Below are positions 52,988-64,000 of a DNA stretch of 64,000 nt, piece after piece. The notes under the pieces are model-generated. The model had not been told where the DNA came from and made no database searches. It saw nothing but the letters and a program-made list of their open reading frames with translations. Origin of the DNA: an uncultured Verrucomicrobiae bacterium. Lineage in GTDB: Bacteria; Verrucomicrobiota; Verrucomicrobiia; Opitutales; JABDGR01. The stretch covers positions 1 to 64,000 of the forward strand of contig CAVXVB010000004.1 in the NCBI GenBank assembly GCA_963765205.1, in the 5' to 3' direction. The position numbers and the translations under genes are program-made. Numbering within the stretch: position 1 is the first letter of the stretch; each line of letters starts with the position of its first letter.

Positions 52988-55144
52988 TGATGCCCGGGTT
53001 TCCGCCAGCCTTCGCCAAGCCGCTCTCGCTGCGCTGGGCCTTGCTGCTGGGCTTGGTCGTGGGCCTGGCCTTTTTGCCGTTTCGGATGACGGCCGGCTAC
53101 GCGCTCGGCACCGTCCTCATTGACGACGAGCCGGAACTGCACACAGCGCCGACCGGCTGCAAATCGTGACCGGGGCGTTTTATTTCGCGCAGGATGCCTG
53201 GCGCCTGCCGCTGTTTCAGGTGGACAAACTCGGGCCGGACGGCACCAACATCGTTTTCACGGACAGCATTCCCGCCGCGGCGCTCGTGCTCAAGCTGGCC
53301 AACCAGGTCCACCCGGTGCTGTTCAATTATTTCGGCCCCTGGGTGGCGCTGTGCTTCGCGCTCAATCCGGCCTTTTTCTGCTGGCTGCTTTACGAACTTG
53401 ACGTGCGCGACGGGCGCTGGCTGGCGGCAGGCGCGATGCTGGCCAGTTGCGTGCCGGCGCTTCTGTTCCGGCATGGCCACGCCTGCCAGTGCGCGCATTT
53501 TTTAATCCTCGGAGCGCTGGCGCTTTACTTCCGCGCGCGCCGCCGGGGCTTTACCCGCGGCCTCACCGCGGCGTGGTTCGGGCTGGCGCTGTTTTCGCTG
53601 CTCGTGACGCTCTATATGCTCGCGATGGTTTTGATCATCTTCATTGCGACGGTCGCGCAGGCGGTCTTCGAGCGCCGGCTGCCCTGGGGGCGCGGCGCGG
53701 CGTATGTGGGCGGGGTCCTCACGCTTTGCCTGGGGACGATGTTGATCTGCGGCCATCTCACACTGGCGGGCGGGCTGCCGCCGCCGGGGTCGGGCTTTGG
53801 CGCGTGCTCGATGAATCTCATCTCGCCCTTCTGGCCGTGGCAGTCGGCCTTTGCGCCGGGGCGGAACATTGACGCCACCGGCTCGCAATACGAGGGCTAC
53901 AATTACCTCGGCGCGGGCGTGCTGGTGCTGCTGGCCACGCATGTCATCGCCTCGGGGCGGCCAATTTGCGGGCTGTTGCGCGAGTATTGGGCGCTGGGCG
54001 CCGCGTTCGCGGGTTCACCATCCTGGCCCTGTCGAACAAAGTTTTCCTGTGGCACTACCTGCTGCTCGAATACCACGTTGCGCCGTATGACCATTTCATG
54101 GCGAATTTCCGCTAGTCGGGGCGTTTCTTCTGGCCGGTGACGTATGGGTTGATGGCGGCGCTCATCCTGCTCACCACGCGGCGCTTTGCCGGGCGCACAG
54201 CGGTGACTTTGCTCGCCGGTTGCGCGCTGTTGCAAGTTTACGACCAGCACGTCCTGCCCCGCATCGGTTCCGCGCCGCCACCGGCCTTTGCCCAGCCCAC
54301 GAGCATTGCGCAGTGGGTGAGCCTTGCGCGCGCGTTTCCCCGCGTGGAAATCCAGCCGGCCTTCGACGCCACCGTCGGCGTGCAATTCAACGCCTTCATT
54401 CAATACATCGCCGCGCGCGCTAATCTCCCTATCAACAGCGTTTACAACGCCCGCCCGCTCGCCGACAACGATGCTGAATTTATCGCCGCGGACCACCCCG
54501 TCATCCTCCCCGGCCCGCTCTACCTTTCCCAGAAAAGCGACTACTCCTTTGCGCGCCTCACGCAGTTGCTCGACGGCCAGCAGTATCTTTTGGCCGAGGC
54601 GGAGGATTGCTACGTCGCGGCCGCGGCGTGGCCGTCCGGCTTCCTCGCGCAGAACGCCGCCCTCTTGCGCCCGCCGCCCGCCGCGCCGCTCCTCGCGCTC
54701 TCGCCCAAAACGTTGGTGGACTTCACCGGCAACGGCAATTTGACCGGCGTCAGCTTCACCGGCCTTTACAACACCGAGTTCTGGGGCCGCTGGTCGCGTG
54801 GCGCCGACGCGGACTTCCGCACGGGACTCGACCCGGCGCTGCAAGGCCATGCACTGGTTTTGCGCGGCCAATTCATCCCCTACCTCGATGCCGCACACCC
54901 GCACCTCGTGGTGGACGTCACCGTCAACGGCCAGCCAGCGGCGACCTGGACCTTCGCGCCGCCCGAGGGCCAAAACGGCCCGGTCGCACGCACCGCGACC
55001 GTCCCCGCCAGCGCAACGACCACCGGCACGCTCGATTGGCATTTTCATATCCACGACCCGGTGAACGTCCTCCTCAGTTACGGCCCCCGGCGCAATTTGG
55101 GCCTGGGCTTTGTTCGCTTCACCGTGGCCGATGGCGGGAAGTGA
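52988..55144 (+). CDS. Multi-TM DUF6311-like (GT-C-like) membrane protein; frameshifts near 53150 and 54015 and an in-frame TAG near 54113
   Basis: YFAQDAWRLPLF, NIVFTDSIP, QYEGYNYLGAG, LALSNKV, FR*SGRFFWPV reconstructed across three ORFs. Confidence 0.7.
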
Positions 55145-55199
55145 GAATGAGGATTTAGGAATTATGAATTATGAAGAAAAACTAAGAAGAAAAGAGAAT

Positions 55200-55280
55200 C
55201 TCGCGCAAAGGCGCGGAGGCGCAGAGGGGAGAAGTGCAATGGGCAAATTTTCTCTTTGCGCCTTGGCGTCTTTGCGCGAG
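55200..55280. repeat. Palindromic element of ~9-nt units, preceded by a GAATTAT array
   Basis: CTCGCGCAAAGGCGC pairs with GCGTCTTTGCGCGAG; lies between convergent genes. Confidence 0.75.
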
Positions 55281-55285
55281 TTTTT

Positions 55286-58200
55286 TCAGGGCGCGGCGGC
55301 GGTCGGGGTGGCCACCTGTTGATTTGCGAGAACCCCGCCGGGTGAGATAATGTTAAACGTGATGATCAAATAAAGATCGTGCGATGGGGGCGTCGTTTTG
55401 CCGTCCGTGGCCGGTGGCGTATACGAGAAAATACCACCCGTATAAGTACCCATGGGAATAATCATCGGCTGCCCGGGTTCGGCTTGGCCGCTGGTCGCCA
55501 TCTCCCGGCTGTCCAGCAACGCGGCGTGGTGGCCGGAATTCGCATCGCCTACCTTGATCTCGGAAAACCCTAAAAAGCTGCTGAGGATGGCATGGAGGGA
55601 ATAGATGACAGTATTGCCCGTAACCGTCGGAAATATATCAATCTTTACTCCAACCCCGATTCCACTCCCGATCCCCCCACTCCCCACGCCAATCTCCATT
55701 CCATGGCCGTCATATTCGGTCGGAGTTACGGTGTCTTTCCAAACGCCGCCACTTCCTTTTGCGGGACCGGCCGTGAATTCAGTCGGGCCGGATTCGCTGG
55801 GAAGTTTTATTTCCCCTGCGATGCTTATATTCGCCTCATGGCCGCTCATACAGACGATCTTGGGGGCGGACAGGAGATCGCTGCCTGCCGATTGACTCAA
55901 CCAATCTAAGTTATTCATTAAATAGTTTTTGTCTGCCGGGGCAGACGATGTAAGTGTCTGTTTTTCCGGGTATTGGGCGTGGGTAGCGCTGGGTGGCGGG
56001 CTTCCCGGAGGCACCCCCAGAAGAAATGCTTCCACCTCAATCTGCGGAGTCGGATTGTATTTTTCAATCTGAGGAGCCGGATTGTATTTTTGCAGAAGGT
56101 TGCCGATCATTTCCAGGTTTTTAGGCGTGTTTGTCGCCTGGATTTCGCCGGGGGTGTAGGCGAGGCTGGCGCCGGCCGGGAACTCAATGCCGGCGCGCTG
56201 GAAGAAGTCCGTGAGACGCTGTTCCATATCGCTCAGGGACAGGCTCTTTGTATTGTTAAGCGGGCCGGAATTGCCACCTTGGGGCGTGATGATGGTTGGA
56301 TTCTGGAAGTTCGATCCGCCGAACAGGCTAATAAAAAGGTTCCGAGGCATGGGGAAAACCTTGGTTTCAAATTGCGCGGTCGTGCCCATCACGCTGCCGG
56401 AGCCTTGGCTGACTTCGATGATGCCGTTATCATCAAAATAGCCGTAATTGGCGTCGCGGCAGGCCATGTCGAGGAGCGTTTTCAAGCTGATGTCGCGCAG
56501 GTTCACCATTTTGACTTTGGGCATGGGCGCGCCGTTGGGCGGGGCAGAAACGTGGAAATTCACGCCGATGCCCTCCTTGTCATATTTTTGGGACAGCGCG
56601 GCGAAGGTGGCGATGACTTCGTCGAGCGGCGTGGGGGTGTCAATGTTCACCAAGGGGATGACGATCTCGCCGAGCTTTTTCATCGCGGGAGTGATCTCCG
56701 GTGGGGCGGTTACCGGTGAAGTTTCCGGCGCGGTCACGTCTGCCGCACTGCTCGAGACCGATTGGGAAATTTCACCGTTGGACTGGAAAAGGCGGCCGAT
56801 GAGCGGCAGGTCGCCTAGCACGGGCACTTTGTCGTCCGCAGGCGCGATTTCGGCGTGGATCGGGCCCTCAGTGCCGTCGGCGAAGGTGAAATTGGTATTT
56901 AATATCTGGGGCACATCGTCACTGGGTTGCGTAAGACCCCAGGGGACAAGTGCAGTGGCAACCGGTGGAGGCGTGGCGAAGGAGGTGCCGCCGTATTCAA
57001 TGAAGCCTTTGCCGATGTCCTCCGATTGGGCCACTACCTGCGGGACATTCAAGGTCACCGACTGCGCCATGAGCGAAGAGACTGTGGCGGCGGATATGGC
57101 GGCGGGGAGTGGAATTGACGAGACAGGCCCTCCGAAGGCCGCAACTAACATCCTTTCATAAATTTCCAGCACAGGGTCTCTGGCACGGGTATGGGGGAGC
57201 TGTCCCTTTATCATGCCTTCAGTGATCCCAAAGTCGGGCCCGACATCATTGGGGTCCAAACGCGCCATTTCGTCATGTACCTCCTTTGAAATTCTTTTGT
57301 CAACGATCGCAATGACGGTGTTCGTGCGCGTATCTGATCCAAAGATGGGCTCATTCAGGACGGCCGTGTATTGCGGCTGGGAAGCCGCATTCCCCGGGCC
57401 TGGCTCTTTCGTCTCCTGCATCGCGTCCGTTAACTGTTTTTCCACGTCCTGCGCGTCGGCGCTTTTAAGCGTGAAATAAATGATTTCCTCATCGGGCACT
57501 TGGACAGATGGATCCATCCCGGAGATGAGTCTAAGGGTGGATTCCACATTTCGCTTATCAACCACCGCAATAACCGTGTTAGCTCCCGCATCAGCCGTGA
57601 AAGTCGGTTTGATTCGCGGCCTCTCGTCTTTTTGTCCATCTATCCGTTGGTCGAGCATATTGTGACTCTCATGGTTCTTTAACACCTGCACCACTTGCTC
57701 CGCTTGGGCGGTTTTCAGTGGGACATTCAACGTTACGGACCGCGCTACCGGTGAAGATATTTTGTCCGTGGGTGCGGTCGAAGCAGGCAAGTTGGGCGGC
57801 GCGGCCATAGCCGGCGGGCTGGGATTTTCCGTCGCGGCGCCGCGGAGCATGGCTATGGGGATGACGATGGCCGTGAGAAGCGAGACGAGCGCGAGAATCG
57901 CCACGCGCGTCAAGCCGCGGCGGTTGCGCGTGCCGTCGAGAATGGCGCGCAGGCGCGTCTCCAATTTCGAGTGGCGGGCGACGGGGACGGCGACCCAGTT
58001 CAGGAGGCGGCCGCGCGCGGAGCCGGCGGCGATTTCGAGCAGGTCGCGCGCGTAATCGCGCGGGGAGGAGCCGCAGCGCAGCACGAGGTCGTCGCAGGCC
58101 AGCTCGCGTTCGAGGCGCAGTTGCCGCGCGGCCATCCACGCGAGGGGATTGAACCAATAGAGCGCGCAGGCGAGCGTGCCCAGGGTTTGCGTGAGCCAGT

Positions 58201-59101
58201 CGAGGCGCTTGACGTGGCCGAGTTCGTGCAGGAGGACAAGTCGCCGGCGCGCAGCGGGCCAGGTTTCCACATTGGCGGGAAAAACGACCGCGGGCCGCCA
58301 CGCGCCCCAAGTGAAGGGCATGATGTCACCCAGGCGCTCACCCAGGCGCGCCGCGCCGGGAGTGATCCCGAGCCCCGCAACGCGGGACGAGGGAAACGTT
58401 TTCCCCACGGCCACCAGCCGCACCTTGCGGGACAAACCCACTTTTTCCGCCACTTCGCCGAGCAAGGTGCGCCACTCGGCATCATCCAGTGGCCGCCCGC
58501 GACGCGTCAACCGCGCGGCCTGCGCCCAACCGACGAGGAGGGGAAGGAGGGCGATAAATTAACCAGTTAGCCAAACCCAAAGGAAAGTGTGAAGGGTGAA
58601 AGGTGGAGTGTGGAGTAAAGAATGGAGAGCAGGCGGCGAAGAACGCTCAACGTTTAACGCTGCACGCTCAACGCTCAAGGACGGAATTTCAGGCTTCGAG
58701 TTTTCGATTTCGAGTTGAGCCGCTGAAGCTGAAGGCGCAGCAGCACTCAGTGATGGCGGTGTTACCTGAGCGTTCAGCGTTAAATGTTGAGCGTTGAGCG
58801 TTCCCGGTGCGGCTCCACTCCACCACCCTTCACCCTTCACACTCTGCACTTCCACCGGCCACTCCGGCAGCCACGGCACGCGCCAGGCGGGGAGCAGCAA
58901 CGAGAGCGCGGGCAGCACGAGCGCCCCGGCCAGCGCGCCGCACCAGAGCGCGTGCCGCGCCGCCGCCGAGTTTTTGCGCAACGCGAACGATCCCGCCGCC
59001 GCCAGCACCAGCAGCGCGGCAGACTTGACGGCGGCGTCGGCCAACGCGAGCAACACGGTGGCGGCGGGCGCGGTGGCCGGGTCGAAAAGCGGCGCGCTCA
59101 T
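55286..59101 (-). CDS. BlaR1/M56 metallopeptidase fused to secretin-like modules; one in-frame TAA at 58559-58561
   Basis: SAAARHALW, LLHELGHVKRLD, YWFNPLAW, ERELACDD. Then GspD N-like domains, KVPVLGDLPLIGRLFQS, PQIEVEA and LLSAPKIV. ORFs 58559-59101 and 55286-58510 share a frame. Confidence 0.82.
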
Positions 59102-59493
59102 CGCCGGGCGTCCTCCCGGGCTGGTTGGTCAATGAGGGCCTTGAGGCGGGCTATTTCATCCTCCGTCAATTTATCCGCGCCGGCGTCGAGCAGCGCGGCC
59201 ACCGCGCTTTCGAGCGAGCCGCCAAAAAAGGTTTCGACCACGCGCTGGATGGCCGAGCGCCCGGCTTCGCGGGGCGGGCGCGTGGGCAGGTAGACAAAGC
59301 GCGGGCCGTCCCGCTGGATTTTGAGCAAGCCCTTGCGCACGAGGATGCTGAGCATGGCGCGCACGGCAGAATTGCCCGGCGGGTCGGGCAGCGCGTCGCT
59401 GACCTCGACGGCGGTGGCGCGGCCGCGGCGGTAAACGGCCTCCATGATTTGGCGCTCGCGGCGGCTGAGTTCAGGATTCGATTTTTTGGGCAT
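59098..59493 (-). CDS. BlaI/MecI/CopY-family repressor
   Basis: LSRRERQIMEAVY, SAVRAMLSILVRKG, VETFFGGS; 4-nt overlap with the M56 gene. Confidence 0.93.
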   Translation of the reverse strand: MPKKSNPELSRRERQIMEAVYRRGRATAVEVSDALPDPPGNSAVRAMLSILVRKGLLKIQRDGPRFVYLPTRPPREAGRSAIQRVVETFFGGSLESAVAALLDAGADKLTEDEIARLKALIDQPAREDARR

Positions 59494-59515
59494 AGGGGGC
59501 GGAGGAAGAGGCAAC

Positions 59516-59576
59516 TGCGAAAAATTTAGCACCGATTTCGGGATTTGTCAACCCCCGGCATGCGAAAATTTTCGCA
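59516..59576 (-). promoter_or_regulatory. sigma70 promoter (TTGACA-N17-TAAATT, extended TG) with two palindromic operators
   Basis: TGCGAAAATTTTCGCA (59561-59576, perfect) and TGCGAAAAATTTAGCA (59516-59531, over the -10). Confidence 0.75.
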
Positions 59577-59621
59577 GGCTGGTGAAATCTGCCCGCCTGG
59601 CCGAGCGGGAGCCAAATTTTA

Positions 59622-59768
59622 ACCACAAAAATCGCAGAAGACGCATAAGCAAAATGTCATGGTCGCCAGCTCGGCTGTCCTTTTGAGTCTTTTGCGTTTT
59701 TTGTGGTAAATTCCATTCAGGATTACCGGCATTTTTTGCTTCATCCTGCATCCCGCATCCTTCATCCT
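59622..59768. repeat. 9-nt-unit palindrome (ACCACAAAAA...TTTTTGTGGT) followed by a CATCCTG/T 7-nt array
   Basis: Arms at 59622-59631 and 59698-59707; TTCATCCTGCATCCCGCATCCTTCATCC. Confidence 0.65.
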
Positions 59769-59782
59769 TTGGCCCTACCCCG

Positions 59783-60866
59783 ATGAAGACCTTCCTTCCT
59801 CTTTTCGCCGGCGTTGTCTTTCTGGCCGGCTGCATGTCCTCCAGCCCCGCCGTGGCTGCTGCTCCTGCCGCGCTGCCGGTGGACCGGGTGGCGGCGAAGC
59901 CGCTTTACCGCGATCCAATCATGGATGGCGCGAGCGACCCGACCATCATCTGGAATCCCGCGGAGAAAAAATGGTATATGTTCTACACCAGCCGCCGCGC
60001 GAATGTGCCGGGGCTGTCGGGGGGCGTGTCGTGGGTGCATGGCTCGCCCATTGGCATCGCGACTTCGGGCGACGGCGGCGCGACGTGGCAATACCTGCGC
60101 GACGCGAACCTTGTTTACAAGGACGCCGTCCCCGACAAAACGTATTGGGCGCCGGCGGTGGTCGAGCACAACGGCCTGTTCCATATGTTCGTCAGTTACG
60201 TGCCCGGCATCTTCGACGACTGGAAACACCCGCGCGACATCCTCCACCTCACCAGCAAGGATTTAATCAACTGGAACTACCAGTCCACCCTCCCGCTCGC
60301 CTCCCACAGCGTCATTGACCCCGGCTTGCTGCACCTGCCCGACGGCACCTGGCGGCTTTGGTATAAGGATGAAGCGAGCGGTTCTTCCTGCCATTATGCG
60401 GACAGCCCCGACCTGAACCATTGGACCGACGGCGCGCGCGTACCCGGCCTGTCCGACGCCAGCGGCGAAGCGCCCCTGCCCTTCCACTGGCAAGGCCAAT
60501 ACTGGTTCTTGCGCGACATCACCGGCGGCGCGCATGGCCTCGCGCTGTATCGTTCCGACAATGCGGCGGACTGGGACCCGCATAGGCACGCTGCTCCAGG
60601 CTCCGGGCACGGGGCCGGACGACACGGGCGTGGGCCACCATCCGGAAGTCATCCTCTCCGGCGACCGCGCCTACCTGTTTTATTTCGTGCAGCCGGGCAC
60701 CAGTGCGACGCCCGGCGGCCCGCGCGATGGGAAACGCAGCAGCATCCAAGTCGTGGAGCTGAAGTATGACACCGCGAACAACACCCTCACCTGCGACCGC
60801 AATGCGCCGACGATGATCAATTTGCAGCCGCCCAGCGACGTGGAGTTGGAATCAAAGTTCCAGTGA
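59783..60866 (+). CDS. Five-bladed beta-propeller glycoside hydrolase (GH43-like) lipoprotein; frameshift near 60575
   Basis: LAGC lipobox; DGASDPTIIWN, YWAPAV, VIDP, GEAP; continues GHHPEV...RSSIQVVEL in ORF 60534-60866. Confidence 0.8.
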
Positions 60867-60879
60867 TTCGCGGGCCGGC

Positions 60880-61990
60880 TTAACGCGGCTTGTTATAAAA
60901 ACGAATGCGCTGGGTGTAGGTTTTACCGTATTGCTCGACGAACTGGTCGAATTGAAGCCTTGCGGCAGGGAGCCGTTGAATTGTTGCAGCTCGATTGCGC
61001 CATCGTCCGTGAGAAAGGTCACGGTGACATCGGCGTAGGCCATCGCGACAAAGGTCGGCTTGCCGGCGGCCGGCGTGGTGTAGGAGTCCAAATAACCCCC
61101 GGTATTGGGCACCGGCGCGCCACCGGCCTGGGGGCCACCGCCGTAGTAATACGCCGGCGGGTTGATAATGCTGAAGGTCGTCTCGGGGTAGGCCTGGATC
61201 GCGGGAGCATTGGCCACCCCGGCGGCGTTATAGCCGTAGAAATAAAGAAACACATTAAACTGCACGACGTTGTCTTCGATCATGCTGGCAGTCGTGTTCG
61301 AGCCATAGATGCTGGTGTTCAAGGCCTGGCCGGAACCCATGGGTATTTGCGAGGGCACCGCGCCGGCGCTCAAGTCCACCTGGCTGTCGAAGGCCTGCGC
61401 AAGGGAGGTGTAAGAAGTTTTGCCGCCTTCGCCAATGCCCATGAGCGGCTGGTGGCCACTCACCCCAAGAAATGTGGTCGCCGGGTCCACCACCACGCGG
61501 TGCAACTGGAATGTCTTCTGCGTGCTGGCGGCATTGCCAAACGGGTCGGCATAGGTGACCCGGTATTCGACCGCGCAAATGTCCCCGGGAATCGGGTTGC
61601 CGGCCGCGCCCGGCGTGCCATTGTCCTTGGTTTGGTGCAATTGCGCGCTGGTGTAAAAGATCAGCCGCGTCATGTTGGCGCCCGTGATCGGGCTGCCGGC
61701 CGTGTTTCCGTGGTGAGGGACATCCACTGATTGCCGTCGGCGCGGAAGATCGCCGTCTGCAGATCCTGCGAGAGCAACTGGAAGAGTTCGCTGGCCTTGC
61801 TGCCCATCTGCAAATCATCGGAGGAGCGGTTCCAGGCCGAAATGACCTGGCTGAGGATCATCATGACCAGCGCCACCATCAGCGACATGATCGCCGTCGC
61901 CGTCAGAATCTCAACCAGGGTAAAACCGCCGCGGAGCGCCGGCCCGCGCGGGCGCGCGCGCATCCATCGAAGGGGGTGGCTCAATTTCAT
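60880..61990 (-). CDS. Prepilin-type protein, Verru_Chthon cassette protein C-like; frameshifts near 61705 and 60950
   Basis: G|FTLVEILTATAIM N-methylation motif; GDICAVEYRV; reconstructed end YGKTYTQRIRFYNKPR*. Confidence 0.75.
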
Positions 61991-62026
61991 GGTGAACAAA
62001 TCGGGAGGGGAAAACGGCGCGCCGGG

Positions 62027-62920
62027 TTAACGCAATTTAGCCGTGGTGTATTCGAAGAGACGGGTGGACAGGGTCAGGCCGGCCAGCAATTGTTGTTGAA
62101 ACAGGTTCACATCCTCCGACGACTGAATGTTGGAGGTGTCCACCGAAAAGGCCTGGACAAAAATCGGCAGGTAGTCCTCCGGGTAAACGTGGTCGGCAAA
62201 ACCGGAGGGGTCGGCAGTCATCCCCTGCGAGGTGGGAAACAGTCCGGCGTTGGGCGCATCCTTATACCAGGTGTTTTCCTTGTCACCCGCGATGTCCATG
62301 TTGGGAAAGTTTTTCATCAAGGGCGAGGGCGAGAGGGTCATCGCAATTACCGGGCCATAAATGCGGTTTTGGGCGGCGGCCTGGACGAAGTCCGCCATCA
62401 AACGGTATTGCGGCAATTGCGGCTGGCTCGGGTTGTTTTGATAATTGGCGACGACGGCCAGGGTCGCCAGGGGCGTGTTCAACTGGGTGTGGTTAAGGTT
62501 AAACCGCACCACGCGCTGCAAGGGTGTCATGTCCTGGGTCGCGCTCCCGGTGGAGACGGGAATCTCGTCATAAAACAGAAAGATGGTCGGCGAGTCGGAG
62601 TCCGACACATGCACCCATTCGTAGACCGTTTCATATTGCAACTGGGCGTTGGTGTCCCAGAACGGGGCCGCCTCAATCAGCGTGTTCATCTTCTCGATGC
62701 ACCCGGTGCCGACGTTGATTTGCTGGGCGGTCTTGACGTTGCTCAGGGTCGGGCCAATCAGGCCCAGAATCGAAATAACCGCCAAGCCCATGATGCCGAG
62801 GGCCAGCGTCACTTCGACGAGGGAAAAGCCGGGGGCCGCGCCCCGCCTACGCCGGAAGAACACCGGGCGGCGCGCGCCAGGGGCGGGGTGCTGGCGGGAT
62901 GGTTGGATTGGAACGGGCAT
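62027..62920 (-). CDS. Prepilin-type protein, Verru_Chthon cassette protein B-like
   Basis: G|FSLVEVTLALGIMGLAVISILGLI. Confidence 0.82.
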   Translation of the reverse strand: MPVPIQPSRQHPAPGARRPVFFRRRRGAAPGFSLVEVTLALGIMGLAVISILGLIGPTLSNVKTAQQINVGTGCIEKMNTLIEAAPFWDTNAQLQYETVYEWVHVSDSDSPTIFLFYDEIPVSTGSATQDMTPLQRVVRFNLNHTQLNTPLATLAVVANYQNNPSQPQLPQYRLMADFVQAAAQNRIYGPVIAMTLSPSPLMKNFPNMDIAGDKENTWYKDAPNAGLFPTSQGMTADPSGFADHVYPEDYLPIFVQAFSVDTSNIQSSEDVNLFQQQLLAGLTLSTRLFEYTTAKLR

Positions 62921-62964
62921 GGATAAAGGGAGGCGAATTATATTCCGGGAGCGCGGGTTTGCGC

Positions 62965-63831
62965 TCAGGACCCCGGCGCGCCGGCCGGCATGAAGTCCGC
63001 GGAGCTGCGGAACGCCTCCGCCCCGCCCAGCATCCGCAATTGAATGCCCGTGAAGGAGAGGTTCGGTTTCGCGCCCGAGCCGAGAAAGTCAATGGTGCTG
63101 TCCGTCGGGTTGACGGCGCGCCCGACGTAAATATTATTGTTGCCGTTGGCGTTGTAGAAAAAGCCGTCGGGGGCGAACTCGATGAAATAATACCAATCCC
63201 CCGTCTGCTCCTGCGCCTGGGAGAGCGGGAAAGTGATTTGCATCAGGCCGGTGGTGACGCCGGGATGGTCGTCCAAGGTGGTCAGGGTCGGGTAGGTATA
63301 GGCATCGCTGATGGCGTTGCTTTTGGTGTCTTGCGCAAAGCCGGGCAGATCCTGGGTGAACGTGCTCGGATGGCTGGGCACAAAATACAACCCGTCGGGC
63401 AACATCGCCCCGTCCGTCGCCGCGACCCAGCTTTGGTAGGGCTTGCCCGCCACCCCGGCCATGGTGGTGACGGAGGGGTCGTCGGAGATCGCGTATATCA
63501 CGCCATAATAACGAAGGATCTTGGGGTTGATCGTGGCGGAATAGGGGCTGGTGCTGGGCACGGCATTTTTATCCGCAAACACAATGAACCGAGCCCGGGT
63601 GTGGTTCCGCTGGGCGGCGGCCCGCGCCCCTTCGATGGTGATGAGCACATCGCGCTGCGCGTTGCCCAAGGCCATGCCCTGCGTCTCGCCATTAAGGGAA
63701 AATCCCGCCGCGGCGGCCAGAATGCCAATCAACGCCACCACCACCATCATCTCGACCAAGGTAAACGCCCGCCGGCGGCGAAACGGCCGGGCGGCCGGGC
63801 TGGGCCGCAGGCTGGTGAAGGGGGTAGACAT
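62965..63831 (-). CDS. Prepilin-type protein, Verru_Chthon cassette protein D / FimT-like
   Basis: A|FTLVEMMVVVALIGILAA; ARAAAQR; IEFAPDG. Confidence 0.82.
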   Translation of the reverse strand: MSTPFTSLRPSPAARPFRRRRAFTLVEMMVVVALIGILAAAAGFSLNGETQGMALGNAQRDVLITIEGARAAAQRNHTRARFIVFADKNAVPSTSPYSATINPKILRYYGVIYAISDDPSVTTMAGVAGKPYQSWVAATDGAMLPDGLYFVPSHPSTFTQDLPGFAQDTKSNAISDAYTYPTLTTLDDHPGVTTGLMQITFPLSQAQEQTGDWYYFIEFAPDGFFYNANGNNNIYVGRAVNPTDSTIDFLGSGAKPNLSFTGIQLRMLGGAEAFRSSADFMPAGAPGS

Positions 63832-64000
63832 GGGAAGGGGCGAAACATGGTTGTATGCGCCCGGACTGTCAATGGCAAGAATTGCCTGCTGCCGTGCGCA
63901 TTTCGCTGGCCTTTCCCTATCGCTTGGCGGCCGCGCTTGCACGGGACGACGGTGTGGAAAACTCACTGATTTTGAAAATAAAACACCCGCGGCGCTGTTC

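Noticed and set aside
58559..58561. In-frame stops as genetic-code recoding (also TAG near 54113 and near 95)
   Set aside because: Both TAA and TAG are involved and both terminate normal genes here, so error or mutation is simpler.

Overview
GC-rich bacterial DNA, most likely Verrucomicrobiota (Opitutales-like). This is inferred from the Verru_Chthon-type prepilin cassette, the N-terminally extended LepB and the ECF sigma factor with a large C-terminal extension. Housekeeping genes (lepB, lepA, fabD, aguA/aguB, hisG, tsaE, menA, sdhCAB, pdhC) alternate with accessory genes. Main points of interest: (1) a class III nucleotide cyclase fused to an NDT/TIR-like domain, sitting between two ~82% identical orphan OmpR-family regulators; (2) a dispersed family of palindromes built from 7- and 9-nt tandem units that bracket whole accessory genes and are also nested in-frame inside coding sequences; (3) BlaI plus an M56 peptidase fused to shuffled secretin modules, with a clear operator pair; (4) a membrane-tethered ECF sigma gene followed by a two-lobed aspartic protease-TPR lipoprotein and small exported paralogs, one of which is split by a complete IS5 with a GTAT target duplication; (5) a probable chimeric junction near 2,335. 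Scattered indels, including one in the normally essential lepB, suggest many frameshifts are consensus errors. No rRNA, tRNA or CRISPR array was recognised.
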